From NCBI GenBank assembly GCA_002269645.1, contig NIVC01002573.1, positions 1,116 through 65,115 of the forward strand: DNA of 64,000 bases, read 5' to 3'. The position numbers and the translations under genes were made by a program. Origin of the DNA: Macrostomum lignano (Eukaryota). A model generated the notes under the pieces. The model was not told the DNA's origin and searched no databases. It saw only the letters and a program-made list of their open reading frames with translations. Positions 1 through 13,387 of the stretch are shown here, in pieces; within the stretch, counting starts at the first letter, position 1; every line of letters starts with the position of its first letter.

Positions 1-6
1 TGTCTG

Positions 7-45
<39 letters not shown>

Positions 46-114
46 GTCTGTCTATCTATGTATCTATCTATCTATCTATCTATCTGTCTATCTGTCTATC
101 TATCTATCTGTCTG

Positions 115-189
<75 letters not shown>
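1..189. repeat. (TATC)n/(TGTC) microsatellite, truncated by window edge
   Basis: Direct tandem tetranucleotide repeat. Confidence 0.98.
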
Positions 190-190
<1 letters not shown>

Positions 191-484
191 CTTGATGAAT
201 TTTGAAAGATGACGAATTGTAAACGAGATGTTTTGAAAAGGTGAATTGGAACCGTTGAGACTTGTTTTTGTTGCTACTGTTGCGGATACTTCGTTGATTG
301 TTGATAATAATTAAGATTTACCACGCTGCAGTTAGCTCGTCTTACAGTACTTCATGCATAGTGTTATGTATTACACATAGGCTCCGATACTACTTGTCGG
401 ATTTTGGTTACAAGCAGTAGTGCGCTGCGGACTTGACCGTATTTATTAGTGCAAATAGATAATCCAGCTCATGGCTGCGGGCCA

Positions 485-700
485 GAGGAGAGGAGAATGA
501 GAGGAAAGATGAGAGAAGAGAGGAGAGAGGGTGAAAAGAGATGGTAGAGGAGAGAGAGGAGGGGAGAAAAGAGAACAGAGAGTAAAGGGAAGAAAGAGCA
601 GAGAGAAGAGTGGAGAGAAAAGATCAGAGAACAGGGAAGAAGAGGGTAAGAAAGTAGAGGGGAGAGAAAAGCAAGAAGAGGGAAGAAATCAGAGAAGACA
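485..700. repeat. GA-rich low-complexity tract
   Basis: Almost pure purine (G/A) on + strand; the ORFs over it are compositional artefacts. Confidence 0.85.
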
Positions 701-2367
701 AACATCGAACGGGTCGGATTGCTATTGTGAAGTTTCAAAGGGCCACAAGGGGAGTACAGCTGGGGGCTTGGCAGGACGCATGTTTGCCCAATGGCCCCAG
801 CTGCAGTGTTCATATGCGATGCGGGATAAGGTTGGACACGCGTCTCAGCTTCATTCTATTCTCAGAGTATTACAGAAACCAGCTGCTGAGCAATGGGATA
901 GCTTTCCTAGATCTGTCTGTGAGCTTCTTGCATTGTTTACGGCAGTAAACAACAAACGACGCACGCAGCCCTGAGAAGTAGAGTCATGCGGTCAGCGGCG
1001 CTAAAATGAGTGCCAAAAATTAGTCATGTACATGTTGAATTCTTGGCTTTGTCCCCCACCATAAAATCCATGGCGACGGCCTTGGCAGCAGGACGTCCTG
1101 TGGCTGAATCGCACCAGTAATTGGCACATTTGGAAAATGCCATTTAGATATTATAAAGATAAGCGAGAAGATAGCAAATAATCAAGCGTAACAAACACCC
1201 CTTAGCGAGAAGCGACTCTAGCAACTGAAATAAGAGTGTTGCGCAAGTTGCGTCACTGGCGGTTTGAAGTGACTGAAACCCTCGCTAAGGGCGCAAATTC
1301 TAGCCAAGAAGCCCAAGCCTTAAGATAGATATCACGGTTCGATCGAAATGTGCTCGATGGGGTGAGTCAGTGCGTGGGTAGAGAAGCCTTTTCTTTTGGA
1401 GCAGGAAAATGCGTCAGTTTTTCTCTATCAGTCAGTCTGTATGAACAGGGAGGGTCATTTTGACCAAAACTTGCGATCTTTTGGGTTTCGGGCTGGGTTT
1501 CACGCCTTGTCTAGCATGGCCTACAGTGTCTACACATCGGTGCGCCCTTCTTGCACAACCGCTCTGTTCAATTTCGTCAGCAAAGATTATCACGCCTGGG
1601 TCGGGAGAGAAAGGGAGACAGGGACAGGCCCAAGACAGGCGGGTTGGGTGTACACAGAATGGCACTAAAAATAGCTCGGGTGTACACTACAGCCAGATTG
1701 GACAATTGGGGTTGGCTTTGGGACTTTAAACACTGAATCAACTGATTGTGACGCGCTGCTAAAAATAGCCGCGAGCCGCCAGGGCATAAAACTGGCCGCC
1801 ACGGCGCGCTCAGAGGCCTCCAAGCGGAGAGCGCAGGCCAGTTGGATCTGCTTTCACAAGTCGGCTGACACCATGACCGACTGGAAGTGGGTCCTGTCGA
1901 GGAATAAGCGGGACCCCTGTTGCCGCAGCACGCTTACTTCGTCAATGCCGCGGCTTTCAAGTCCGCGGCGTCGCCAATTCTCCATCTGAAGCCTCTCGCT
2001 TCGGTTCCGGAGGGCGCCAACGCTCGGACACCAGCGACCCCGCAATCACACCGTCCGGTGTGCTCAGGGGTGTCCAGTTGGCCGCTCTCTGGGACCACAG
2101 CTGGTCTCGCAGTCCACGCAGCTCCCAGCAGGTGTCTTGGGCTGTGCAAATCCGAATGCAGCTCGGGACTCTGTGAACTGGGACTGAGGACGCGCCAGCT
2201 GTGGAAGCAGACTGATCGACTGCTGCCTCCGGGGCCGAGCGAGACTCCCCTGCGCGCTGCTGTGGCATCAGGGGTTTCGCTTGCTTCTCGACAGGACTTG
2301 TGTCTTAGTTTTGTTAGAGCAGCTCTGTGGTTACCTGTGACACTCTCGCGCCAAATAAGTGCGTTTC

Positions 2368-2400
2368 CGTGCGAGGGCCGATCCCGAAGGCCAACGCACG
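2368..2400. other. GC-rich hairpin, possible terminus of a Helitron/Helentron-type non-autonomous element that carries the 2630-4048 array
   Basis: cgtgcg..ggcc-N9-ggcc..cgcacg; the - strand has a C(TTCG)G loop motif. cctaaccc/ccctaa-type motifs flank the array at ~2510-2550 and ~4088-4115. Family assignment is inference. Confidence 0.35.
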
Positions 2401-2629
2401 TTGTGTACATGCACCCTGTGCGAGCGCGTTTGTACTGAGTCATGCATGCTTGTACAGTTTCTTGCAGTCTACGAAATTCGACTTTTTATCCTGAATCCTC
2501 AGATTGTAATCCTAACCCGACATCTAGCCCTAACCTAAACCGTAATTCCTAATAAGGGGTTTTAATATCTCCACAATCTCAGGCCCCCGAAAATGTCGGA
2601 AAATATGTAGCATCGGATATAGGAAGCGT

Positions 2630-4048
2630 CTGGGATATGAAGTGTCGGGGATATGAAGTGTCGGGGGATATGAAGTGTCGGGGATATGAAGTGTCTAGGA
2701 TATGAAGTGTCGGGGATATGAAGTGTCGGGGATATGAATTGTCGGGGATATGAAGTGTCGGGGATATGAATTGTCGGGGATATGAAGTGTCGGGGATATG
2801 AATTGTCGGGGATATGAAGTGTCGGGGATATGAAGTGTCTAGGATATGAAGTGTCGGGGATATGAAGTGTCGGGGATATGAATTGTCGGGGATATGAAGT
2901 GTCGGGGATATGAAGTGTCTAGGATATGAAGTGTCGGGGATATGAAGTGTCTAGGATATGAAGTGTCTAGGATATGAAGTGTCGGGGATATGAATTGTCG
3001 GGGATATGAAGTGTCGGGGATATGAAGTGTCGGGGATATGAATTGTCGGGGATATGAAGTGTCGGGGATATGAAGTGTCGGGGATATGAAGTGTCGGAGA
3101 TATGAAGTGTCGGGGATATGAAGTGTCGGAGATATGAAGTGTCGGGGATATGAAGTGTCGGGGATATGAAGTGTCGGGATATGAAGTGTCGGGGATATGA
3201 AGTGTCGGGGATATGAAGTGTCGGGGATATGAAGTGTCGGGGATATGAAGTGTCGGGGATATGAAGTGTCTAGGATATGAAGTGTCGGGGATATGAAGTG
3301 TCTAGGATATGAAGTGTCGGGGATATGAAGTGTCGGGGATATGAAGTGTCGGGGATATGAAGTGTCGGGGATATGAAGTGTCGGGGATATGAAGTGTCGG
3401 GGATATGAAGTGTCTAGGATATGAAGTGTCGGGGATATGAAGTGTCGGGGATATGAAGTGTCTAGGATATGAAGTGTCGGGGATATGAAGTGTCTAGGAT
3501 ATGAAGTGTCGGGGATATGAAGTGTCGGGGATATGAAGTGTCGGGGATATGAAGTGTCGGGGATATGAAGTGTCTAGGATATGAAGTGTCGGGGATATGA
3601 AGTGTCTAGGATATGAAGTGTCGGGGATATGAAGTGTCGGGGATATGAAGTGTCGGGGATATGAAGTGTCGGGGATATGAAGTGTCGGGGATATGAAGTG
3701 TCGGGGATATGAAGTGTCTAGGATATGAAGTGTCGGGGATATGAAGTGTCGGGGATATGAAGTGTCTAGGATATGAAGTGTCGGGGATATGAAGTGTCGG
3801 GGATATGAAGTGTCGGGGATATGAAGTGTCGGGGATATGAAGTGTCGGGGATATGAAGTGTCTAGGATATGAAGTGTCGGGGATATGAAGTGTCGGGGAT
3901 ATGAAGTGTCTAGGATATGAAGTGTCGGGATATGAAGTGTCTAGGATATGAAGTGTCGGGGATATGAAGTGTCGGGGATATGAAGTGTCGGGGATATGAA
4001 GTGTCGGGGATATGAAGTGTCGGGGATATGAAGTGTCGGGGATATGAA
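2630..4048. repeat. 17-nt minisatellite (ggatatgaagtgtcggg) with 16-nt ggatatgaagtgtcta and aatt variants
   Basis: Direct tandem array of about 1.4 kb. Confidence 0.98.
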
Positions 4049-4984
4049 AGAGGTGCAGTCGAAGATGCATGTAAAAGAACCCCGTTTCTAAACCCTGCTT
4101 ATCCAAAACCCTAATCCAACTGCTTGAACGATTTCCTTATGTAATATCCTCTGTAGTTTGCTCAAGAAAGCGGATATTAAAAACAAAATTCTGCTCACTG
4201 AAACTGTTTTAGCTAACGAAGAGTATCCTTTTCAAGCCGAAATATAAAAATCAGAGATATTATCATAACGCGTCTATTTTATTTAGCTCAAATTTATTAG
4301 GAAAGCACAAATAAGTATTACATTTTGATTAAACTAGCTATTTCTATTGCTTGAGCGACCGGCCGATGATAGGCAATAAATTCTAGCTTTAATATAATAT
4401 TATTAATCAGTAAAAGTGGGGAAAAGACACAAAAAGTATTCTGTAAGAAATTCAAAGGAGAGGCGATAAGGTAAAAACAGGAGTTTGCAGTGTGTGATAA
4501 ACTGTTAGCAAAAAGCAATTAGGAAAACTAATTTGACAGTTAATTAGGAACACGGGGAGTCCGGATGTACTTTTAAGAGCTGTGCAATGAAATAGAAATT
4601 GAGTAAGGCGGCTGGGCTCAGTAAATCAGAAAATTGTCTTATTTAGCACAGGTAATTAAGTAAAACTATGGAATTATTTGATTTTCAATTCATCCTAGCA
4701 GCTGGCAGGCGCTGCGTGTTTTGTGACGCATTAATAAATAAAAATCAATAGTGCAAGCAAAATTTGCTTCGCAACTACTTACAGTACGAGCTGTGGCCAT
4801 TTCATCTGGCGTGTGCGAGCTGCGAGCTAAAGGAAAAATTCACCAGACTTTACTAACAGTAGGTACAGTAGGAATATCCAGCATTGTCCTGAGCTGCAGG
4901 CTTGTAGGGGCCATAATAATAATAGCAATTAATTACACCTGTGCTAATGGCCAGATGTGCAACCGACAGCTTATCCAAGGACGG

Positions 4985-5165
4985 GGGGGTCGCCACACTC
5001 ACCCTCAATTACCCCAGCTAATGCTTGCAGCCATTTTACAGCTGGGTGAGCTGAAGCAATGCAGAGTTAAGTGTCTTGCTCAAGGACACAAATTGTTCCG
5101 AGTGGAGCCGAGAATCGAACCCTCGACCTTTCAGTCGTGAGTGCGACACTCTGAACACAGGCGGA
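4985..5165 (-). mobile_element. tRNA-derived SINE with Meta-domain-like core (MetaSINE-like)
   Basis: - strand: tRNA-like head with B box (gagggttcgattc), then ttgtgtccttgagcaagacacttaactctgcattgcttcagctcacccagctgtaaaatgg, which matches the Meta-domain consensus as I recall it. Confidence 0.75.
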
Positions 5166-5180
5166 ACAGTGTACAAGAGG

Positions 5181-5465
5181 GGGCCGGAGCCCTGTGGTCA
5201 GCGTCCCAAGCTCGATTCCAAGTGCAGTCGCATTTATTTGAGGCTAAATTGGAATCTCAGCTTGGCTCTGCTCGTGCAACTAACGCCCAAGGCCTAACCA
5301 TAAATACATTCAGGGCCGCTGTGCACCCTTGTGTGGGCCTGTGCCTGTGCGTGTGACTGCGAACGTATCCGCGCGCTTGTGTGCCTGCTCAGGGGGGGGG
5401 CAGTAATGCCTCTCGCCGGTTGTGTGACAATGTCGCTTAAAGTGCGCCAGGGTTCCACATAGCCA
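5181..5465 (+). mobile_element. tRNA-derived SINE, family B, copy 1 (head partly deleted)
   Basis: B-box-like gctcgattcc; the body is homologous (reverse complement) to 34176-34522. Confidence 0.8.
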
Positions 5466-5936
5466 CAAACAGTGCAAAACAAACTCGAACTCAGAGAAAA
5501 GCAAGTAAACACAGTGCAAAAGCAAAGTCATTAAGCGGTTAATAAGTCCAAGGCGAGAAAAGTAAGCTTGCTTTTAAACAGGTACACAGAAGCTGCAGAA
5601 AGGGTGGATTTGCCTTAGCAAAGAAAAGTCAATCACAGCAAGTTTTGTCCATCCAGTGTGTCACAGTTTGTCTGTTATGACAAAAAGTCAAATTGATAGA
5701 AATAAACCGGAGCCAAAATGCTCGCCGACAGGACAGCTGAGTGCTGCGCGCAAAAAATGAGTTCAACTGTAAACGCTTCGGCAAAGATCGGGAATCCCGT
5801 TCGCAGACGAATAACACTTACTATCGGAACCGAAGCGCCAGCAGTGCATTACTAAGCTGGTTATACAATAAACAGTGCCGAGTATGGACAAACCGACAGC
5901 TTAAGCACCGTTATAGAATAGAGAAGTTTAGAGTTT

Positions 5937-6363
5937 GCCGGGGAGCGAGTGTACATTGGGGTGGTTGGAGCGGAGAGGGCTTGAGGTGGACAGGGAGCGA
6001 GTGTACATTGGGGTGGTTGGAGCGGAGAGAGCAGGAGCTGGGCGGGGAGCGAGTGTACATTGGGGTGGTTGGAGCGGAGAGAGCAGGAGCTGGGCGGGGA
6101 GCGAGTGTACATTGGGGTGGTTGGAGCGGAGGGCAGGAGCTGGGCGGGGAGCGAGTGTACATTGGGGTGGTTGGAGCGGAGGGCAGGAGCTGGGCGGGGA
6201 GCGAGTGTACATTGGGGTGGTTGGAGCGGAGAGAGCAGGAGCTGGGCTGGGAGCGAGTGTACATTGGGGTGATTGGCAGAAGGGCAGGAGCTGGGGGGAG
6301 TGTACATTGGGGTGGTTGGAGCGGAGAGGGCAGGAGCCGGGGGGGGAGCGAGTTTACATTGGT
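5937..6363. repeat. ~50-nt G-rich minisatellite (gggagcgagtgtacattggggtggttggagcggag(ag)agcaggagctgggcg)
   Basis: About 8 direct tandem units, downstream of the SPTLC2 stop codon. Confidence 0.95.
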
Positions 6364-6600
6364 AGGCCAGAGTGTGCCAGACTATCAAGTACGCCATGGA
6401 CTCTAACTGCTTCCTATGCAGTTAAATTACGAGTTTTAAACTACGAGCGTAGTACATACGAATAATAAATTTGCGGTGAACCTAATTGTAAAAAGCAAGC
6501 ACGATAAGTACTAAAGGTCCAAAAGCAGGCTGTAAAAGTCATGTCTATAGATAAGCGTCTGTTTGTGAACAGAGAGAAAATCTCCACCCAGTCGGGCCCG

Positions 6601-9600
6601 TCAGGAAGCGGCAGCCACGGCGGCCAGGTTGTCCTTCACTGCGGCGTCGTTTTCGTCGGCGACCTTATCTGGCGGGTCGCCACGGCATTCGACGGGACGA
6701 CGGGGGACGGGGCCACCGTTGGCGGCCCCATGCGGCCGCCGCTGCTGGTCAACAAGCTTCAGCTGGGCCTCCGCCCACTCCCTGGTGATGCCGGCAGTCC
6801 AAGCTGGAGGCGGCCGCCTGCTGTACTTCATCAACAGCAGGCTGGTGACCTCATCGATAATCTGCACGCTGCGATCGATGATGTCGAGGCTGTGCGCGGC
6901 GGACAGGCAGAATCGAGCCCGGGACTCGATGATAGGCGTGGCCGGGTAGCCGACAACCACCGTGCCGAGGCCGCGCTTCAGCGTCTCCCGGCCGAAGGCG
7001 GCGATCTTGCCGGGCATGAAGATCATCACGGGCACCACCGGGCTGGTTCTGGGGCGGGCGGGAGTCAGCAGCTTTATATACTGCATAGAATAGTATTTTT
7101 AGCATATGGATTGCTGAATTGCCCGTGCTTCCCATGAGTAGGCAAATACTGTGCCTGTCTAATGTACTGTACCTGACTAATAATACTGTGCCTGACTAAT
7201 AATACTGTACCTGTCCAATACCTGACTAATAATACTGTACCTGACTAATACCTGACTAATAATACTGTGCCTGACTAATACCTGACTAATAATACTGTGC
7301 CTGTCCAATACCTGACTAATAATACTGTACCTGACTAATACCTGACTAATAATACTGTACCTGTCCAATACCTGACTAATAATACTGTACCTGACTAATA
7401 CCTGACTAATAATACTGTGCCTGACTAATACCTGACTAATAATACTGTGCCTGTCCAATACCTGACTAATAATACTGTACCTGACTAATACCTGACTAAT
7501 AATACTGTGCCTGACTAATACCTGACTAATAATACTGTGCCTGTCCAATACCTGACTAATAATACTGTACCTGACTAGAAATTTTGAAATTATTAAGCAA
7601 ATTTATAAGAGAGCTCGAACTCGCGACCGCCTACCCACCTGTGGCCATAGACAATAACGCCAAGCCGGTGCAGAGAGGCCCGGAAGTACTGCGTATTGAC
7701 CTCCAGCTGCTTGAGCCGCCTGGCGCCCTCTCCGGGTGGGCCGGCCCGGCCCATCAACATCTGGAAGGCGGTGACCACCTGGGCGGCCACAGGGGCTGGC
7801 AGGGAGGCTCCGTAGAGGCCGCTGTGACTGCGCTGGCGCAGCAGCGCAACGAGGTGCTGGCTTCCGGCGATGTAACCGCCAGCTCCGCCGAAGCTCTTCG
7901 TGAAGGTGCCCATCAGGACGTCGACGTCTCTGGGATCGCAGCCGAAATAGTCCACTACGCCTCGGCCGTGAGGCCCCATGGCCCCGATGGAGTGCGCCTC
8001 GTCCAGGTACAAGTACGCTTTGTACTTCTTCTTCAAGGCGATTAGTTCCGGCAGCCGGGTGACACTGCCCTCCATGCTGTAGACGCCCTCCACCTGGGTT
8101 GGGAGGAACGGGAGCGACTGGCTTTTAAGTTCAACTGTACCGGTGTACCCTTACTCTGCACCGAAGTGGGCTCATGGGTTATCTAGACTGGACATCTGGG
8201 AACCGGAAGTGGGCTCATGGGTCATTCAGACTGGACATCTCACATCTGGAAACCGGAAGTCGGCCCATGGGTCATCCGGACTGGACATCTGGAAACCGGA
8301 AGTGGGCCCATGGGTCATCTAGACTGGACATCTGGGAACCGGAAGTGGGCCCATGGGTCATCTAGACTGGACATCTGGGAACCGGAAGTGGGCTCATGGG
8401 TCATTCAGACTGGACATCTCACATCTGGAAACCGGAAGTCGGCCCATGGGTCATCCGGACTGGACATCTGGAAACCGGAAGTGGGCCCATGGGTCATCTA
8501 GACTGGACATCTGGGAACCGAAAGTGGGCTCATGGGTCATCCACACTGGACATCTAGGAACCAGAAGTGGACTCATGGGTCATCCCCAATGGACACATGG
8601 AAACCGGAAGTAGGCTCATGGGTCATCTAGACTGGACATCTGGGAACCGGAAATGGGCTCATGGGTCATCCACACTGGACATCTGGGAACCGGAAGTGGC
8701 CTCATGGGTCATCCACACTGGACATCCGGGAACCGGAATTGGGCTCATGGGTCATCCACACTGGACATCTGGGAACCGGAATTGGGCTCATGGGTCATCC
8801 ACACTGGACATCCGGGAACCGGAATTGGGCTCATGGGTCATCCACACTGGACATCTGGGAACCGGAAGTGGGCTCATGGGTAATCCACACTGGACATCTG
8901 GGAACCGAACACAGAATATTCTGTGGAACCGAAATTGGGCTCGTAGGTCATCCAGAACCATAGACAACAGGAATTGAGCTGGGTGAGACGAAGACTACCC
9001 AAAAGCTCACCACAATAAGAATCTTTTTAAACGGTCGCCTAGTCCTATCCTGGCCATAGACAATGGCGTCCCTCAGCTTGGCCTCCACATCGGCTATGTC
9101 GTTATGCCTGAACACTTTGATCTTAGCGCCAGTGAGGCGGGCACCCAGCACCAGAGAGCTATGGTTGAGCTCGTCGGAGAGCACGCAGCAGCCTTTGCCA
9201 ATGAGGGCTGGCATGTTCAAGGCGTTAGTGGCGAATCCCATCGGGAAGATGATGGCGTCCTCGGCGCCGACAAACTCGGCCACAGTGGCTTCGAGCCGGG
9301 TGTGCAGGTCCAGGTTGCCGGCCTCTGCGCGCGGGCTGCCGACTCCGCAGCCGAACGTCTCGGTGGCAGCGGCCGCGGCGTCGGCGCAGGGGCCGTCGGT
9401 CTCGGCGAAGCCCAGATAATTATAGCTGCCGAAGTTGATGGCCCGCGTGTGCGTGCCCGGGTACTCGAAGCTCCAGCCGTGGTCGGGGCTTTTCCGGTCG
9501 ATCAGCTCAAACTCGGCGCCCGGGCAGGTGCGGATCGGCCGGTTCCAGCAGTCCCGGATTCGCCGGTACAAATTGCGGGTGTAGAAGGACTCGAAGTTTT

Positions 9601-10458
9601 GGTAGAGCGGCACGAAGTCCTGAGGGATCGGGAGTGAAGGCTGCGATTTGAATTTCTTTTCTGGGGTCTTCTGATCGTTCGCTTTTACAAGCTTAAAACT
9701 TCATAAGGCCCCAGTGACTGAGATCCGCTCTCCAGTGTCTGAGATCCCCTCTCCCAGTGTCTGAGATCCCCTCTCCCAGTGTCTGAGATCCCCTCTCCCA
9801 GTGTTTGAGATCCCCTCTCCTAGTGTCTTAGACTCCCTCCCAGTTTCTGAGATCTCGTCTCCCAGTGTGAATATCCCCCCTCCCAGTTTCTGAGATCTCC
9901 TCTCCCAGTGTCTGAGATCCCCTCTCCCAGTGTCTGAGATCCCCTCTCCCAGTGTCTGAGATCCCCTCTCCTAGTGTCTTAGACTCCCTCCCAGTTCTGA
10001 GATCCCCCCTCCCAGTCCCAGTGTCTGAGATCTCCCCTCTCAGAGTCTGAGATCCCCACTCCCAGTGTCTGAGATCCAAATACTCGGTCTCAGGCAAAGA
10101 CTCTCAGACGGTTTAGATCCATCGAATTTTACTCAAATTCTTATTGACACAAAAAAGTTCATTTGTGTCAAACATCAATTTGCTGTTTACTAGAGCTACA
10201 TAGGGTTGAAACTATGAGTAATTTGGAGCAAGATAAACGACGCACTACAATGTCAGAGATAGCAGCTTATCAAACAAAATCTACTGCGCACACCTTAGTC
10301 CTGGCCGGCTCAGTGGCAATCAGGTTCTTCTCGAAGCCATGGTTTCTTAGAAAATCGCGCATGTGGCCAAACACGGCCAACATGACGTAGCCAATGTAGG
10401 TGATGATGGCCACAACATAGGGTGTGGGTTCAAATTGCTCTTCGTGCTCTACTGACAT
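6601..10458 (-). CDS. SPTLC2: Serine palmitoyltransferase long-chain-base subunit 2 (LCB2), 4 coding exons, ~558 aa
   Basis: Exons 10458-10294, 9619-9011, 8093-7639, 7048-6601 with GT-AG junctions in consistent phase (1677 nt). Motifs [42 protein letters not shown]-lysine motif [20 protein letters not shown]. An acceptor at 10523 indicates an upstream non-coding exon or trans-splice site. Confidence 0.95.
7143..7577. repeat. Intronic minisatellite, ~30-nt composite unit (cctgactaataatactgt(g/a)cctg(tc/ac)(c/t)aata)
   Basis: Fills most of SPTLC2 intron 7049-7638. Confidence 0.95.
8160..8930. repeat. Intronic minisatellite, ~41-nt unit (ggaaccggaagtgggctcatgggtcatc(ta/ca)(g/c)actggacatct)
   Basis: Fills most of SPTLC2 intron 8094-9010. 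Confidence 0.95.
9710..10078. repeat. Intronic minisatellite, ~22-nt unit (cccagtgtctgagatcccctct)
   Basis: Inside SPTLC2 intron 9620-10293. Confidence 0.93.
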
Positions 10459-13387
10459 CTTGGGGGCAGCAGATTTAGTTGCAATTTGAGTCTGTTGTGA
10501 TTCAAAATCAAATGCATTTGACCTGAATATTCAGGGTTTCATCGGACATTTTTTAACTACTAGTATTGCTAATGCACCTTTCAAAATAGCAAAACTTGCG
10601 AATTCACAAACATTGTTACATCAAATTGCAGTACAATTTTTGAATTGATTAAATTTTTAGCACCAAACTTTATTAAAAAAAATTTAATAGATAAGAAGTA
10701 TTACATATTTATTAGAATGTTTCATCTAAAAAATGCCAGATACTTGTTAGATATATATCATATATGCACAACACCTGGCCAAGCCAGCCAATCTGGCTTG
10801 CAAGTCACCTAGCCAAGGTAAGCTGCAAAAATTCCTATCCAAAAATATAGAATTAGTAGTACTAATTAAATGGCAATGCTTTTAGCCTTAATTAACAATA
10901 TAGTTATAGACTATATAGACTATAAATTCTATAGACTACTCCTGCCATTTACCCAAAGTTACATTTTTGGTAAAAAAAGTTGCATAGGCCATAGCCAATA
11001 TAAATCAGGGGGGGTTGCACATGTATGTATATTACACTTTTTGATACATAATGAATAATACTATCTATTATACCATACTCCAAATGATGTAGTATATGTC
11101 CAAAAATTTGGGCATTCATTGGCCCTGCATGCCATAACTAGGTGTGCATCGTTGGCATGCATCACTCCTAAGAAAATAGTATGTGAGCATACTTGGCGTG
11201 CACTTTATAGAATCACATGTAAGAGTTATTGGAAAGTCAAAAATTTGAAAAAAAAATTTTTAAGCATAAATTTCAAGCTTTCTGGTGTTTCAAGCATGTA
11301 AAAAAGTATTTAAACAAATCTTTGCATGTATCTATTTTATGTTGTAAATAGTATTGCCAAAAAAGCATAAAAATCAACCAAATTCTGTTAATAGGGTTCT
11401 ATTTATGCAATTTAAAAAGGTAATTTATAGTCACAATGTAAAAAAGGTCATGCATCTCTTTAAATGCAAATATGGTAGGGCATCCAATGATCATATTTAT
11501 AGCCTAGGCCTAGTATATGCAAAAATTAAAAAGGTGAAAAAGGGGTTTTCTTTAAATGGCTATAACCTTTTCAATATTTAGGTCTTACTATATGGCAATG
11601 TTTTAGTTCTACTATATATTGTATATGGTAAAAATATAATATAGACCCTAATAGAATATAACATAAGGCCTACAGTAAATAAATATCATAAGAGCTTTAT
11701 GTACTTTTATAGTTTTATAGACAATACATTTTTTAACTTGCTGTAATCTATCTATAGGCCTATTCTTCTCAAATATACACTATTTTTGGAATAAACTCTT
11801 AAATGCAAAGTGCAACAAGGTCCTTGAAGCAATCTAATGCCATAGCCCAGGCCATAGCCTTTATATATACTAATATACCACGTACAATAATGCACATTAC
11901 ATTAAATAAAATATAATAATATATATAATATATAATAATATATATAATAAAACAATCGTAATTCAACATTAAACACATCACAAATGTCACGCAAATCCCA
12001 TGCAAATGTATATGCTACAAATTATGTGTAGCCAAGCCAATTTTTAAATCACTTTTTTGTCAATTTAAATCAATTTTTTAAATCACAAAACTAAAGTAAG
12101 CAAAAATATTAGGACCCAAAAGAAAAGAGGACCCAAAAGGGATTCAATTGTAAAAATCACGAAGCCCATTTTCAGTGGGACTGTGCATTTAAAAAAAAAT
12201 AAAATTACGAGTGACATGCAACACTGCTGCCACTGCTCCGCGCGGGCGGACTTTCTATAGTTGTAGAGGTCTCTCGGGTGTTGAATGAGACTTCAAAAGA
12301 ACGCAAACGACAAATCTTGCGCTTAGGAAACAAACTAAACAGTAAAAATAAAATTAAATTTTGATTAAAATACAGGTCTTCTGGCGCTAAGAAGCTTTTG
12401 TTCAGTTTATTAAGTAATGCCTATAAGCATTACGATGTATATTGTTAAAACTAGTCAAACGTAGAGTAATTATTTAGGAGCCAACAAGTTGAGTCAGAAA
12501 ATTACAACTTTTAAAGATCAAATTGTCTTGTTGGTTATTTAAGTTATAAATTGTGATTGCTCAGTAGTATAAAATTTAAACGTCTCAGAATTTGATCACA
12601 ATTCCACATAGAGCCGCCGGAATTATTTCGGAGCAGTAACACAAATTATAAATTATAAATTCAGAACTTTCTTAGAAACCAACCAAGCGCCTAAAAAGTT
12701 TTTACTTGCTTACATTTTTGTTGTTTTATGGTATTATTTAATGTATAATTATTTACAATGTTCATTCCTTTAATTCTTGCAATACTTTTTAACAAGTAGG
12801 TTTGCGATTGACAACACACTACTTTATGTCAAACTTGATTCACTTTTTGTTAGAAGACAGGACAGGCTAACTGTCTTGACATCAGGAATTTAAAAAGTCA
12901 AAATATTTTTGCGATTGCGAAGTGTGCATATGACTCTTGACTGTTAAATGATTTTCGAATTACAGTAGTCCCAAAAAGTCAATTTTCAGTATTAAATTAA
13001 AATAGGGAATTAGGTAATAAGATATCACAAAATAGTTTGCTGTTTAATCTGACTATGTCTTATGATTATGAATGACTGAATGTATTATCTTTAATATAAA
13101 ATAGGACAAAATTATGAATAAAAAAGTATTGTTAAACCTTTGATTATTGAAGCTTACAATATATGATTGTTTTATTGTGTTTGTTTCCTGTGCTAATTTA
13201 ACTTTTCAATTTGCTTGGCTAAATAATATGTTTTCATCTTTTTCTTTGAATTCAAGCAAAAGCTTATCTGATTAGACCCATGGAAAACATAAAGAATTTT
13301 ACTTTTTGGTAACTTTTGTATGCCAGACTGAATTTTATATGATACCTTTCCACTTTTTAGCTTAATATTTAAAATCAGATAACTGCA

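Noticed and set aside
1199-1291. 11-bp inverted repeat cccttagcgag/ctcgctaaggg, and a gcgactc-rich imperfect inverted segment at ~24720-24930
   Set aside because: Possibly MITE remnants, but no TSD or second full copy is visible in the window.
1854-2443. GC-rich ORFs of 100-170 aa on both strands
   Set aside because: No RT, integrase, recombinase or other motif recognised; possibly decayed TE sequence.
6541-9637. + strand ORFs overlapping SPTLC2 exons, and equivalent antisense ORFs over the anoctamin, protease and coiled-coil genes
   Set aside because: Shadow ORFs from GC3-rich codon usage; no recognisable motifs.
12209-12334. Possible upstream SPTLC2 exon whose start codon is supplied by a spliced-leader AUG
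   Set aside because: The exon-like frame is open and splice-compatible, but an AUG added at the 12335 or 10523 acceptor is out of frame and the exon's own ATG gives a short uORF. At most a 5' UTR exon.
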